From positions 36,244 to 100,243 of the forward strand of contig JAFZZT010000005.1 of assembly GCA_017615595.1 (NCBI GenBank): a stretch of DNA of 64,000 nucleotides, read 5' to 3'. Position numbers and translations under genes: made by a program. Shown here piece after piece: positions 9,619 to 20,018 of this stretch. Origin of the DNA: Bacteroidales bacterium (GTDB lineage Bacteria > Bacteroidota > Bacteroidia > Bacteroidales > WCHB1-69). Position 1 is the first letter of the stretch. The number at the start of each line of letters is the position of its first letter. The notes below the pieces were generated by a model that had not been told where the DNA came from, made no database searches, and worked only from the letters and a program-made list of their open reading frames with translations.

Positions 9619-9636
9619 ACGTTTTTTAAGATTATT

Positions 9637-11439
9637 ATGCGAAAACTGATTAGACTGGTTATTGTATGCTGCCTCCTCGTAAGTTGGGTGCCTCTCCGCG
9701 CCGCCTATTTCTCTTTTGTGCCGCGCACCCTGACTCAACCCAACGGAGAGCAACTCCATTGTTTTGCTTCTGGAGATGAGTTCTACAACTGGTTGCACGA
9801 TGCTGAGGGATATACGATCATCCAAAATACGGAAACGGGGTATTTTGTCTATGCTGCCAAGGAAAATGACAAACTCATTGCCACCCCGTGGATTCCGGGC
9901 AAAGACAACCCCGCCGCCAAGAGCGGTCTTCGCCCATGGCTCAAGATATCCCAAGAGGAATACCTTCAACGGCGTCACGCCATGCTGGACCCCGCCAAGC
10001 GACCCGTCACCCGCAACAAAGGCACCAACAAAGGCCATCTGAACAATATCGTCATCTTCATCCGTTTTGCGGACGACACCAACTTCACTAATAGTTTCAA
10101 TTCCGTTTACGAGATGTTCAACGACACCATAGAGCCCTACAACTCTATGTACACCTATTTCAAACAAGCTTCATACAATCAGTTGTTCATAAAATCATTT
10201 TTCTACCCGAAACCCAACGGCGACTTGATCCTGTCGTATCAGGACTCTTTGACGCGCGACTATTATGTGCCCTGGTCGCCGACAGACACCAATGGCTATA
10301 TGACAGACAGCGCGCGCAGAAGCATGGAATTCGGTTTGTTGGCAAGATCTGTAGAATATGTGAAAGACATGATACCAGCCGATTTGAACATCGACTATGA
10401 CGATGACGGGTATGTGGACAACGTCTGTTTTGTGATCCGTGGCGATGTGGGCGACTGGAACGTGCTCTTGTGGCCGCACCGTTGGGCTCTGTACGGCCAA
10501 GAGGCTTACATCCACGGCAAGCGCGTGTGGGACTTCAACTTCCAGCTGGCAGACGCGGGTTATTACTTCTCCAACAGCACCCTGTGCCACGAGATGTTCC
10601 ACACCCTCGGCGCTCCCGACCTGTATCACTACTCCGACAGCACCAATTCTGACGCGGTGGGGCAGTGGGATCTGATGTGTTCCAATGCACATCCCTACCC
10701 GCAACAGATGCTGGTGTACATGAAATATAAGTATGGCAACTGGATCTCTTACGAAGACATCGTGGAGCTCACGGAATACGGCAGATACCCATTGCGCGCC
10801 AACGGAAGCGACACCATCGACCATCTGGCTTATCGGGTGCCCACACAAAATCCTTTCGAGTTTATCCTGATGGAATACCGCAACAAGAGCATGCAGTACG
10901 ACCACACCCCGCAAGGCGGCATCATCTTCTACCGCGTCAACCCGCTGCTGGACGGTAATGCCAACTACAACGGAGACGATGTGCTGGATGAGGTCTATGT
11001 GTTCCGGCGCAACAACAATACCAGCAACGCCAACTTCAACCAAGCGCACAACCACTTCAACCCCAACACCAACCCTTATCCCTGCACCTCAGACGGTGAA
11101 GTGGTGAATGTCTCCTTCGGCAACATCTCCTCCTATATGCTCAACAACCCGCCTGAGTTTATGGAGTTTGACTACCTGCACTATGTCGGACTGCCCGAAC
11201 TGGAACAGTCTATCTCCGTATATCCGAATCCTGCCAATCAATCCATAACCATTAATACAGATTTGGTTTCGGAAAAGACCGTGCAGGTGCTGGATCTTTC
11301 CGGAAGAGTCGTGGCCGAACAAAAAACCGCCGACCCGCAAATAAATCTCAACATTTCCCGTTTATCTGCCGGTTGCTACTTCATCAAGGTAACCGATCCT
11401 GACCAACATAGTTTCACCACTAAATTTATCAAACAATAG
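9637..11439 (+). CDS. M6-family (immune inhibitor A-like) zinc metalloprotease with a T9SS type-A C-terminal domain
   Basis: It has a signal peptide, the zinc motif HEMFHTLGAPDLY, and a C-terminal sorting domain (SVYPNPANQSITINTD...GCYFIKV...KFIKQ). Confidence 0.8.
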   Translation: MRKLIRLVIVCCLLVSWVPLRAAYFSFVPRTLTQPNGEQLHCFASGDEFYNWLHDAEGYTIIQNTETGYFVYAAKENDKLIATPWIPGKDNPAAKSGLRPWLKISQEEYLQRRHAMLDPAKRPVTRNKGTNKGHLNNIVIFIRFADDTNFTNSFNSVYEMFNDTIEPYNSMYTYFKQASYNQLFIKSFFYPKPNGDLILSYQDSLTRDYYVPWSPTDTNGYMTDSARRSMEFGLLARSVEYVKDMIPADLNIDYDDDGYVDNVCFVIRGDVGDWNVLLWPHRWALYGQEAYIHGKRVWDFNFQLADAGYYFSNSTLCHEMFHTLGAPDLYHYSDSTNSDAVGQWDLMCSNAHPYPQQMLVYMKYKYGNWISYEDIVELTEYGRYPLRANGSDTIDHLAYRVPTQNPFEFILMEYRNKSMQYDHTPQGGIIFYRVNPLLDGNANYNGDDVLDEVYVFRRNNNTSNANFNQAHNHFNPNTNPYPCTSDGEVVNVSFGNISSYMLNNPPEFMEFDYLHYVGLPELEQSISVYPNPANQSITINTDLVSEKTVQVLDLSGRVVAEQKTADPQINLNISRLSAGCYFIKVTDPDQHSFTTKFIKQ

Positions 11440-11440
11440 T

Positions 11441-11869
11441 ATGGACACAATGAAAGAGAAAGAACAGCAGCTCATCGAAGAGTTTGCCATGTTCGATGAC
11501 TGGATGGACAAATACAACTATATCATAGAGCTAGGAAAAGACCTTCCTATGATAGACGAACAATATAAAACACCGGAGTATCTGATCGAAGGGTGTCAGT
11601 CGCAGGTATGGCTACATCCCGAGTATCAAGAAGGCAAGATCCTCTTCACCGCCGACAGTGACGCCATCATCACCAAGGGCATCGTCAATCTGCTCATCTT
11701 TGTCCTATCGGGGCACACCCCGCAAGAGATTCTCGACAACGACCTCTCCTATATCGATGCCATCGGGCTGAAAGAGCACCTCTCCCCCACCCGCTCCAAC
11801 GGTCTCGCCTCCATGATCAAGCAGATAAAACTCTATGCCTTGGCGTATCAATCCAAAGAAAATCAATAA
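11441..11869 (+). CDS. sufE: SufE-like cysteine desulfuration protein
   Basis: 142 aa with the SufE active-site block (YLIEGCQSQVWL). Confidence 0.85.
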   Translation: MDTMKEKEQQLIEEFAMFDDWMDKYNYIIELGKDLPMIDEQYKTPEYLIEGCQSQVWLHPEYQEGKILFTADSDAIITKGIVNLLIFVLSGHTPQEILDNDLSYIDAIGLKEHLSPTRSNGLASMIKQIKLYALAYQSKENQ

Positions 11870-11881
11870 ACCCACAATATT

Positions 11882-12139
11882 ATGAAAAAGATCCTCATCT
11901 TAGCTTTTATGGGTGTCGCACTGTTTTGTGCCAGTTGTACGAAAGACTGCACCTGCGTCACCACTTTTCAGTTCACCAGTCCCGGACAGACCATTCTCAA
12001 CCGTGACACCGTGGTGGTAGATTCAAAAGACGACTGTTCGCTCATGAACCTTGACACCGTTTATGTGATGCACAGCTACGACTCGTTGGGCAACATCAAC
12101 GGCACGGGAGAGGTCTTTCAAACCACCATTTGCGAATAA
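11882..12139 (+). CDS. Small Cys-rich lipoprotein, function unknown
   Basis: It has a signal peptide and a lipobox-like sequence (LFCASCTKDCTC). 85 aa. Confidence 0.45.
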   Translation: MKKILILAFMGVALFCASCTKDCTCVTTFQFTSPGQTILNRDTVVVDSKDDCSLMNLDTVYVMHSYDSLGNINGTGEVFQTTICE

Positions 12140-12183
12140 TTCGTACCCAACATCATCATTATTCATAAAAAACAACGATTATT

Positions 12184-12756
12184 ATGACACTCAAAGGAAC
12201 ACAAACAGAAAAAAATTTAATGCATTCTTTCGCTGGCGAGTCTCAAGCTAGAATGCGTTATACTTATTTTGCCTCCAAGGCCAAGAAAGAAGGTTACGAA
12301 CAAGTTGCCGCCATCTTTGAAGAGACCGCCAACCAAGAGAAAGAGCATGCAAAACGTATGTTCAAGTATTTGGAGGGTGGCATGGTGGAGGTCTGCGCCT
12401 CCTTCCCGGCTGGTGTGATTGGCTCCACGGCTGAGAATCTCCGCGCCGCCGCCGCTGGCGAGAACGAAGAGTGGACAGAAGCCTATCCGCACTTCGCCGA
12501 TGTGGCAGAAAAAGAAGGCTTCCCGGAGATCGCCGAGATGTATCGCAAGATCGCCGTGGCGGAAAAAGGTCACGAAGAGCGCTATCTCAAGCTCTTGAAG
12601 AATGTGGAAGAATACACCTGCTTCAAGAAAGATGGCAAGGTCTTCTGGCAGTGCCGCAACTGCGGTTTCATCATCGAATCGGATACTGCTCCCGTGGAGT
12701 GCCCCGCCTGTTTACATCCGCAAGCCTACTTCGAGGTGATGAAGAACAATTATTAA
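12184..12756 (+). CDS. rbr: Rubrerythrin
   Basis: It has diiron ExxH motifs ([16 protein letters not shown]) and a C-terminal rubredoxin-like CxxC...CxxC (CRNCG...CPAC). Confidence 0.9.
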   Translation: MTLKGTQTEKNLMHSFAGESQARMRYTYFASKAKKEGYEQVAAIFEETANQEKEHAKRMFKYLEGGMVEVCASFPAGVIGSTAENLRAAAAGENEEWTEAYPHFADVAEKEGFPEIAEMYRKIAVAEKGHEERYLKLLKNVEEYTCFKKDGKVFWQCRNCGFIIESDTAPVECPACLHPQAYFEVMKNNY

Positions 12757-12776
12757 TCTTAGCTTTGGCTAAAAAC

Positions 12777-12812
12777 AAGAAAGAGCGTCTGTTTGGACGC
12801 TCTTTCTTTTAT
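12777..12812. terminator. Intrinsic terminator hairpin between convergent rbr and folD
   Basis: AAGAAAGAGCGTC-tgtttg-GACGCTCTTTCTT, followed by a T-run. Confidence 0.7.
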
Positions 12813-12856
12813 ATCACCAGAAAAACAACTCCAAGCCAACAGCTAATTGCTAATGG

Positions 12857-13708
12857 CTAATGTTTCCTATACAGATCTAACACGTTATACATCAGCATGG
12901 CGATGGTCATGGGGCCCACACCGCCCGGGACGGGGGTGGCAGCCTCCAACCGTTGTTCCAAAACGGGTGCTGTCTGTCGACTATAGACATCACCACACAG
13001 GCCATCGTCATCGTGATTCATCGCCACATCCACCAGCACGGCGCCCTCTTTGAGCTCTTCTGGACGAAGCAAGCCCGGCACGCCCGTGGCGGTAACCACT
13101 ATGTCCGCTTGCTGGCATATTTCGGCCAAGTCGCGCGTGTGCGTGTGGCACTGCGTCACTGTGGCATGGTGCTGTTGCAACAACAGGGCGGTGGGAGTGC
13201 CCACTAACATGCTGCGTCCCACCACCACGGCACGGCGGCCATCCACCACGATGCCGTTATCTTGCAAAAGCCGCAAGATGCCGTGCGGGGTGCAAGGCAA
13301 CACGTAGGGAGTCCCTTTCAGCATCAGACCGAGGTTGACAGGGTGCAATCCGTCAGCATCCTTGCGATAGTCCACCGCATCCAACACCAAGTCCGTGTCC
13401 AGATGGGCTGGCAACGGCAGCTGCACCAGAATGCCATCCACCGTCTCGTCTACGTTGAGTTGTGCTATCAGCTCCAACAACATATCTTGGGAGACCTCCT
13501 CCGGAAGATGGTGCTTTTCACACAACAACCCCAAGGTGGCACAATTCTTTTCTTTGCTGTTGACGTAAGAAACGCTGTCGGGACGGTCGCCCACCAATAC
13601 CAAAGCCAATTTGGGCAGACGCGCGCCGTCCTGACGGAGACGGGCAACCTCCGCAGAGATGTTCTGTTTGATCTCCTGTGCAAGTTTTTTTCCGTCTAAC
13701 AGCCGCAT
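12857..13708 (-). CDS. folD: Bifunctional methylenetetrahydrofolate dehydrogenase / methenyl-THF cyclohydrolase
   Basis: 283 aa. LALVLVGDRPDSVSYVNSKEK...ILVQLPLP...TPHGI..LL...VVVGRS.LVG.P...TGVPG are the FolD blocks. Confidence 0.9.
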   Translation of the reverse strand: MRLLDGKKLAQEIKQNISAEVARLRQDGARLPKLALVLVGDRPDSVSYVNSKEKNCATLGLLCEKHHLPEEVSQDMLLELIAQLNVDETVDGILVQLPLPAHLDTDLVLDAVDYRKDADGLHPVNLGLMLKGTPYVLPCTPHGILRLLQDNGIVVDGRRAVVVGRSMLVGTPTALLLQQHHATVTQCHTHTRDLAEICQQADIVVTATGVPGLLRPEELKEGAVLVDVAMNHDDDGLCGDVYSRQTAPVLEQRLEAATPVPGGVGPMTIAMLMYNVLDLYRKH

Positions 13709-13725
13709 GAAAATAGGATTAAGGG

Positions 13726-14115
13726 TTAGTATTCGATTTGATCCGCTATGATATAGGCGGAAGGATATTGCGGAAGGATGCGCAGCAGCATCCTGTAAGC
13801 GTCAATTCTGTTGGTGAAATCACCCACCCGGATACGGAAATAGGGCTCCTGGTAGGTGGCATATACGGGCAGCGCTGGATATTCGGCCTTGATGGAAGCT
13901 TTGGCGCCTTCCATTCGCGTGCGGGCATTGGCGCCCGAAATGGCCATGACCTGGATACGGTATCCATCCACACTCCGGATTTTCCCCCAACGGGAAATAT
14001 AATCTTCCTGTACCTTTCGGATGGCCGGCTCCACATCATAACGAACACTCTGCGCATAGAGCGATGTGGTCATACACAGCAGCAATACTCCGATAAACTT
14101 GCGTAACAGATGCAT
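13726..14115 (-). CDS. SPOR domain-containing protein
   Basis: It has a signal peptide and a SPOR-like C-terminus (GYRIQVMAISGANARTRMEGAKASIKAEYP...YFRIRVGDFTNRIDAYRM). Confidence 0.65.
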   Translation of the reverse strand: MHLLRKFIGVLLLCMTTSLYAQSVRYDVEPAIRKVQEDYISRWGKIRSVDGYRIQVMAISGANARTRMEGAKASIKAEYPALPVYATYQEPYFRIRVGDFTNRIDAYRMLLRILPQYPSAYIIADQIEY

Positions 14116-14126
14116 GATGGTGGGGA

Positions 14127-14996
14127 TTACTTGTTTAACTCTTGGTATTTGATATTCAGCAAGTCCTGCTCCATGGCCACCTTGTCGATGATCTTTTTCA
14201 AGATGATGTCCAGCTCGCTGTTCTCCGTGTAGATGGTCGGCGCAATATAGTCGGCGCGGTTCTGACGGATCAAGTCGATGCAGATGTCCTTGGAGGAGCG
14301 GGGGTGTTTGGGGGTCGCGATGGAGTTGGGGTTATAGACGGCAATGGTGGTACCGCCGTACAGGTTGACCATCTTCATGGCCGGCACGTCCGTCTCTCCG
14401 TCACCGACATAGATGAGATTGGAGAAAGGCACCGCGCGCGAGTCCTCCGGCATCGACTTGTTGATGGAGGTGTTGTCGTAGGAGTTGTATATGCCCTTGT
14501 TGATACGGAACAGAAACTGTGTCTTGTTGGTGTAGTTGACCGCCAGGGCGGGCCAGCAGGCATTACCGTTCTCATCATATTGAAAGCCGGAGGCGAAGAT
14601 GGAACGGAACTGATGGCCGATGCTGGTGCCGCGCACGAACTCCCGCAAACCGGAAGAGATGATAAAATGTTCCAGATGGATATTCTGAGCGGCGGCGTAG
14701 GCATTGATACGGTCAAAATAGGTGGAGACGCCTTCAAAAAAGGTGATCTTTTCCCCATATTTCATGAAGACCTCCTCGCGAAGAGGAATGTTTTGCTCTT
14801 TGGCTTTCAACAGCATCAGATGCATATAGGCCAGCACTTCATCCATATCATGCTGTTTGGCCATCTCGTTGGCCGTCTGCCAGAAAGTGCCTTTGTCCAT
14901 ATTCAAATCCGGAATAAAGCTGTACTCCTGCATGTTGCCGGGCGCCAGCGTTCCGTCAAAATCATAGGCAATGGCCATATTTCTGTTCTCTTTCAT
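14127..14996 (-). CDS. HAD-superfamily hydrolase
   Basis: HAD motif I (AYDFDGTL) and motif IV (YVGDGETDVPAM). The start is ambiguous among 15035, 14996 and 14978. Confidence 0.6.
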   Translation of the reverse strand: MKENRNMAIAYDFDGTLAPGNMQEYSFIPDLNMDKGTFWQTANEMAKQHDMDEVLAYMHLMLLKAKEQNIPLREEVFMKYGEKITFFEGVSTYFDRINAYAAAQNIHLEHFIISSGLREFVRGTSIGHQFRSIFASGFQYDENGNACWPALAVNYTNKTQFLFRINKGIYNSYDNTSINKSMPEDSRAVPFSNLIYVGDGETDVPAMKMVNLYGGTTIAVYNPNSIATPKHPRSSKDICIDLIRQNRADYIAPTIYTENSELDIILKKIIDKVAMEQDLLNIKYQELNK

Positions 14997-15067
14997 GACT
15001 TCAGGGCTTTGATTATAAAAAACAGTGTCCCCCACCCTGCGGCAAGAGACACTGTGTAACCGTTTCT

Positions 15068-16891
15068 TTACTTCACCAAGCTTTTGAAAGTGTCGGTGTG
15101 ACGATATTTCTTGAATTCTGCATCTCTCTTCGCAGTCTTCTTGTAGGAAGGATCCAAGTTGATAGCAGATTCAAGGTTGCGATACAGTGCATTTTCGTCA
15201 TTCATACGGGCAGCCAAAACAGCTTTCAGATAATAGGTCTTGGCATCCGGATTGGTGATGCAGTTCAACGTGTTGAGACAGGTGTTGTAGTCCTTGTTGA
15301 GCAGTTGCACGAGCGCGGCGTTGTAGTTACAGGTGCCGGTGCCGATCAGCTGCAGGGCACCGTCGTAGTTACCGTCCACAATGTCGAACACGCCCATAGC
15401 CTCGTCTTGGTTGACCGGTTCGGTAGAGGCATTCTTGGAGGCGGTAAAGCTCTCGCGGGCGGCATTCAAATCGCCCTTGTAGAATTGAGCCAAAGCCAGG
15501 TTGTTCAGGATCACGCCATTGTTCGGAGAAAGGGCGGCAGCCTTGTTGAGATAGCTGATGGCATCGTCCAGATCCTGGGTGTTGCCCGTGTTGTAGTAGG
15601 AGTTCAGCTTCAAAGCACCCAGGTCGTTATAGGCACGCCAGTCGCCTTCGGTTTTACGGTCGTTGATCAAGGCCAGATAGATCAGCTCTTGCTCGGCGAG
15701 GTCGGAGGATACAGAGGCGGCATAGAGACGCTCGTTCACGGAGAAAGCGGAAGGATTCTCCTTCACCAGACGGATGAGCTCCTCGTTGGTGTAGGTTTCG
15801 TGCTTCTGGCACACCAGCGACATCTCGGCACGGCGCAGCGGCGGCAGGATGACGTCGGCGATTTCCGGATATATGTCCGTCATCTCGCGGATCTTCTGCT
15901 CGCGCATGTCGTTGTTGGGCTGGGAGTGAACCACGTTGAGAATCTGGTTCTTTTGGGCGATGTTGGACTGTCCGATAGCGGTCTCGAAGCCGTCCCAGTC
16001 TTCACCCTTCGCATTGTTGACATATTCAAAGGTCGGGCGTTTCAGATCTTTCATCTTGATCTTGTTGGCCTTGGCGTATGCGCGCAGGTATTGGTCATAC
16101 TGGTTCTCGAACCATTTCTTTCCCTGCTCGAAACGTCTTTCGGAAAGACCCTGGTTGTTGCTCTCCTCGCCTTCAGGAGAAGCCCAACCGGAGATGATGA
16201 CCTTGCTGATGCCATAGCCTTCGTTCATAAAGTTTTGGAAAGCCTTGATGGAGTCTTTGGCGGCCGCCGACTTGTTGTACTTGTTGCTCCAGTTCATCAC
16301 CGAGCTGTTCAAGTCGAAATAGATGGTGGCGGTTCTGCCGATGAATTCCGTTTGATAGTAATGCGGGGCATAGAGGAAGGCTGTTCCGTTGTTGTTGTTG
16401 TCGGCCAAACGCGGTTGGAAGCCCACGCGGGAGGAGGTGTTGGCGATACCTTCGCCCAAAATCTTCTCAGGATTCAGTGTGGTGGATTTCTTCTTGAGCT
16501 GGGCAGTAGCCGGAGCCACGATCTCGGCCATGTCGTACTCATCTTTATAGGTGAAAGTGCCGGTCTTGGTGAAGGTGCCGCCTTTCTTATAGCTGATGGT
16601 GGTGCCTTCGCCCTTGGCCTTCTCACCCTTCAGGGTAATGGTGGTAAAGGGAGCCACATTCTGGCCGTCCACCTTCAAGGTGGGGGTAAGCACCATGGTG
16701 GCTTTCTTCTTCATATATTTCGGAGGAATGGCACCTTTGATGGTGTAGGCCACTTGACCTCCGCGGGTCTCCAAATTTTCATCATCCAAAGTGATAGACA
16801 CTTCGGGATATTTGGTAACCATTTTGCCAAAACCGCATCCACTGCAAAGAATTGCCAGCAGCAATACGCCTAAAAGAGCATTTTTCTTCAT
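15068..16891 (-). CDS. Lipoprotein with an OmpA-like peptidoglycan-binding segment and C-terminal TPR repeats
   Basis: The start at MKKNALLGVLLLAILCSGC gives a lipobox. It has an OmpA-like block (ISGWASPEGEESNNQGLSERRFEQGKKW) and TPR-like repeats (YNDLGALKL..., YLNKAAALSPNN..., YYLKAVLAARMNDE). Confidence 0.65.
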   Translation of the reverse strand: MKKNALLGVLLLAILCSGCGFGKMVTKYPEVSITLDDENLETRGGQVAYTIKGAIPPKYMKKKATMVLTPTLKVDGQNVAPFTTITLKGEKAKGEGTTISYKKGGTFTKTGTFTYKDEYDMAEIVAPATAQLKKKSTTLNPEKILGEGIANTSSRVGFQPRLADNNNNGTAFLYAPHYYQTEFIGRTATIYFDLNSSVMNWSNKYNKSAAAKDSIKAFQNFMNEGYGISKVIISGWASPEGEESNNQGLSERRFEQGKKWFENQYDQYLRAYAKANKIKMKDLKRPTFEYVNNAKGEDWDGFETAIGQSNIAQKNQILNVVHSQPNNDMREQKIREMTDIYPEIADVILPPLRRAEMSLVCQKHETYTNEELIRLVKENPSAFSVNERLYAASVSSDLAEQELIYLALINDRKTEGDWRAYNDLGALKLNSYYNTGNTQDLDDAISYLNKAAALSPNNGVILNNLALAQFYKGDLNAARESFTASKNASTEPVNQDEAMGVFDIVDGNYDGALQLIGTGTCNYNAALVQLLNKDYNTCLNTLNCITNPDAKTYYLKAVLAARMNDENALYRNLESAINLDPSYKKTAKRDAEFKKYRHTDTFKSLVK

Positions 16892-17041
16892 TGTTTTTAG
16901 TGTTATATTATATTGATAATAGGTTAATTGATGCTTTTTATAATGAAAGTGCAAATTTATAAAAAATTGTTTTTGAATTACACATATCTACAACTTATCC
17001 AAATATTTTTGATAAAAAGCGTTTCCGGCGGTAGGGGAAAC

Positions 17042-17069
17042 AAAAAAGGCGGCCTGTTCAAGCCGCCTT
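17042..17069 (-). terminator. Intrinsic terminator downstream of the POT transporter gene
   Basis: AAGGCGGC-ctgttcaa-GCCGCCTT, with a T-run on the minus strand. Confidence 0.65.
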
Positions 17070-17091
17070 TAGAAGTATGTAGGGTGATATA

Positions 17092-18789
17092 TTATTGTGT
17101 CACTCTCTCGAGCCATTTCACCATGGCGAACATGATGGCCATGGAGACAAAGCATACGACGGCGAACACTAACCAGCAATACTTGATGGGCCATGCGTTA
17201 TACATCACAGGTCCAAGCCAGATGAGGAGGTTGCCGAGAGCGGTGGCGCCAAGCCACAAGCCCTGGCACAAGCCCACCATGTGGCGCGGAGCCACCTTGG
17301 AGACGAATGACAGACCCAGCGGGGAGATAAACAACTCAGCCACGGTCAAGAAGAAGTAGGTTACCAAGAGCACCCAAGGTGCTGCTTTTGCAAGACCTTC
17401 CTTCAACATAGTTGCGGCATCCATTTCGCGGAATACATCTCCGGAAGGATAGTTGTTCACGATGGAGATGATCAGCAGGAAGAGGTAAGCACAACCGGCG
17501 ATAGCCATACCGATGGCAATCTTGCGCGGTGTGGAGATGGGTTTTCCTCTGCGGGCCAAAGCTGCGAAGACGATCATAATAATCGGGGTGAGCACAATGA
17601 CGAAGAACGGGTTCAACGCCTGCCAGATTTCAGGGGCAATCTTGTCCGTTTGCACGAAGTCGCGGGCAAACACAGACAAAGACTGACCGTTCTGGTGGAA
17701 GGAGAACCAGAAGAAGACAGCAATACCCAGCACAGCGAACAAAGCGTAGAGACGTTGTTTGATCTCTTTCGCCATAGCCAGTTTCTCCTCTGCGGTGTAT
17801 TCTACCACTTGTACTTTTTCTTTCTTGGTCGGTTGCGGCAATTTGTACTTGTTAAGCAAGAAGATAACCAGAGAGACTACCATGGCCAACACAGATGCGA
17901 TGAAGGAGAAATGAACACCCTGGTTGAAAACGGTGATGTAGTCGCTGCAGAAAGAAGCTTTGTCGGCCAATTGTGAAGCATTGCTGACAACCGATTCGGA
18001 AATCTCTGTGAATTTTTGGGTGAGATCTACGATTTTGCCTTCGTCATTGGTGTAAATCAAGGTGTTGTTCAAGAAACGGTGACACAAACCCGACATGTCG
18101 GCATTGTACACAAAATTGTGGGCTTTCAGCCACCACTCACGCAGGAACGGAGCGATGAACGGAGCGAAGAAACCGCCGATGTTGATGAACACGTAGAAAA
18201 TCTGGAAACCGGAGTCGCGGCGATCCTTAGCCTCAGCAAGAGCCTCAGGGCCCTGCTTGGCAGCCTCAGCCTCGAACTCGTCGTACAGTTTGCCGACGAT
18301 GGCCTGCAGGTTGCCCTTGAACAAACCGTTACCGAAGGCAATGAACAACAGAGCCATACAGGTGATGATCAAGATGGTCCACCAGCCAGCGCCACTGTCG
18401 AGGATAGCGCCCTCAGCGGTCTTGCTGAACAACGGGATAGCCATCACCACATAGCCGATAGCCATGATGATGAGACCCCATTGAATGGTCTTGTTGTAGT
18501 TTTGGGTCTTGTCGGCGATGATACCGCCCACCAAACTCAGCACATAGATGCCGAAGTAGAAGACGGAGTAGATGACACCGGCGGTGCCGTCTGGCAGACC
18601 GAACTTGGAAACGAGGAAGAGCAGCAGCACGGCGTTCATGATGTAGTAGCCGAAGCGCTCGCCCATGTTGCTCAAAGCAGCGGCAATCAATCCTTTCGGG
18701 TGATGCAGCCTGGCTTCCCGCACATAGTAAATCAAAAACGGTATGATGACAATCGTACCGATAAGGCAAATTAATAATGCTGTATTCAT
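17092..18789 (-). CDS. Proton-dependent oligopeptide transporter (POT/PTR2 family, DtpT-like)
   Basis: 565 aa and multi-transmembrane. It has the PTR2 signature (MGERFGYYIMNAVLLLFL) and a second signature region (FYVFINIGGFFAP). Confidence 0.85.
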   Translation of the reverse strand: MNTALLICLIGTIVIIPFLIYYVREARLHHPKGLIAAALSNMGERFGYYIMNAVLLLFLVSKFGLPDGTAGVIYSVFYFGIYVLSLVGGIIADKTQNYNKTIQWGLIIMAIGYVVMAIPLFSKTAEGAILDSGAGWWTILIITCMALLFIAFGNGLFKGNLQAIVGKLYDEFEAEAAKQGPEALAEAKDRRDSGFQIFYVFINIGGFFAPFIAPFLREWWLKAHNFVYNADMSGLCHRFLNNTLIYTNDEGKIVDLTQKFTEISESVVSNASQLADKASFCSDYITVFNQGVHFSFIASVLAMVVSLVIFLLNKYKLPQPTKKEKVQVVEYTAEEKLAMAKEIKQRLYALFAVLGIAVFFWFSFHQNGQSLSVFARDFVQTDKIAPEIWQALNPFFVIVLTPIIMIVFAALARRGKPISTPRKIAIGMAIAGCAYLFLLIISIVNNYPSGDVFREMDAATMLKEGLAKAAPWVLLVTYFFLTVAELFISPLGLSFVSKVAPRHMVGLCQGLWLGATALGNLLIWLGPVMYNAWPIKYCWLVFAVVCFVSMAIMFAMVKWLERVTQ

Positions 18790-18807
18790 ATTACGAAAAT
18801 TTAAAGT

Positions 18808-19122
18808 TTACAAATACTGGTTCACCTTCTTGACGAGCTCGTCCTTGCTGATGATGCCGACGTGACGATCCACCTCCTCACCGTTCTTCAAGAAGATGAG
18901 CGTGGGAATGTTCATCACACCGAACTGCATGGCGATGTCGCCATTCTCGTCGGTGTCACATTTGCCGATGACGGCCTTGCCCTCAAACTCGGCAGCCACC
19001 TCCTCCACGATGGGAGCGATATGGCGGCAGGGTCCACACCAGGTGGCCCAGAAGTCAACAACAACCAACGGGTTGTCTTTGACCAACGTTTCAAAATTTT
19101 CTGTGGTAATTGCTAATGCCAT
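18808..19122 (-). CDS. trxA: Thioredoxin
   Basis: 104 aa with the active site WATWCGPC. Confidence 0.92.
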   Translation of the reverse strand: MALAITTENFETLVKDNPLVVVDFWATWCGPCRHIAPIVEEVAAEFEGKAVIGKCDTDENGDIAMQFGVMNIPTLIFLKNGEEVDRHVGIISKDELVKKVNQYL

Positions 19123-19167
19123 AATAATTAATGATTTTAGTTGATAATAATTGCTAACTGATGGGCC

Positions 19168-19578
19168 TTACTTGACGTAGATGGTCAGCACCTCCGGCGC
19201 TTCCACCGCCACCAATTCCGACCCGAAATTATATTGGGATAAAAAGTCGCGCATCTCTTTGCTGGTGAAGGTATAGACCGACACTTTCTTCTTGCTCTTG
19301 ACCAAATCCGTGATAGACACATACACCACTTTGTCTTTGTTGGAATAGGGCTTCATCAGATAGTTGACTCCTTTCTGGTTGAAGGTCAGCGAAATGACCG
19401 TATCCGAGAAGGTGACGGAGTTTTTGCCCTCCGGCAAATTGTAGGACACCAACCGATATTCCTGGGTGACTTGGTAATCACGGGAAAAAGTCACCACAAG
19501 CCATGCCATGATGGACAGCAGGAGACATATTAAAAAAGCCAACGGAGGCAATTTTATGGGCAACTTTTTATCACTCAT
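19168..19578 (-). CDS. Membrane-anchored protein, possibly with a YbbR-like domain, function unknown
   Basis: It has one N-terminal transmembrane segment and sits downstream of yajC in a conserved gene block. No strong motif was seen. Confidence 0.4.
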   Translation of the reverse strand: MSDKKLPIKLPPLAFLICLLLSIMAWLVVTFSRDYQVTQEYRLVSYNLPEGKNSVTFSDTVISLTFNQKGVNYLMKPYSNKDKVVYVSITDLVKSKKKVSVYTFTSKEMRDFLSQYNFGSELVAVEAPEVLTIYVK

Positions 19579-19603
19579 AGGGTTTGGTTATTCTTTTTCT
19601 AGA

Positions 19604-19993
19604 TTAGTCGATGTTGGGATTGCTGTCGTCATCCATCGGAACGGTGGTCTCCGGCTCTTCCGGTTTGCGGTCGTCATCTTTAGATTGGGCTTTCTTGGCT
19701 CCAGAAGCGGCCGGACGATAGTTGATGGCGGTCTTCTCGACCTCAATCACGATGTCGCGGGCAATTTCTATCTGGAAAGTGTTCTCTTTGATGCCGACAA
19801 TCTTGCCATGAATGCCACCCACGGTGGTCACTTTGTCGCCTTTGGAAAGACTATTGCGAAACTCCTCCATCTGTTTCTGTTGTTTCTGCTGAGGACGAAT
19901 CATGAAAAAGTAGAAGATGGCTAACAACAGGACGATAAATATCAAGGTGGAAGCGCCTGAGGCTCCTGCTGCTAAAAGTGTAAACATACTCAT
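19604..19993 (-). CDS. yajC: Preprotein translocase subunit YajC
   Basis: It has an N-terminal transmembrane segment and the YajC block (FFMIRPQQKQQKQ...LSKGDKVTTVGGIHGKIVGI). Confidence 0.85.
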   Translation of the reverse strand: MSMFTLLAAGASGASTLIFIVLLLAIFYFFMIRPQQKQQKQMEEFRNSLSKGDKVTTVGGIHGKIVGIKENTFQIEIARDIVIEVEKTAINYRPAASGAKKAQSKDDDRKPEEPETTVPMDDDSNPNID

Positions 19994-20018
19994 TTTTAAA
20001 AGATTTTAAGGTTAATAA

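Noticed and set aside
12847-13699. Several 60-145-aa plus-strand ORFs (12847-13053, 12953-13207, 13050-13307, 13262-13699)
   Set aside because: All lie antisense to folD, which has full-length family motifs. Their Arg/His/Gln-rich translations are not protein-like.
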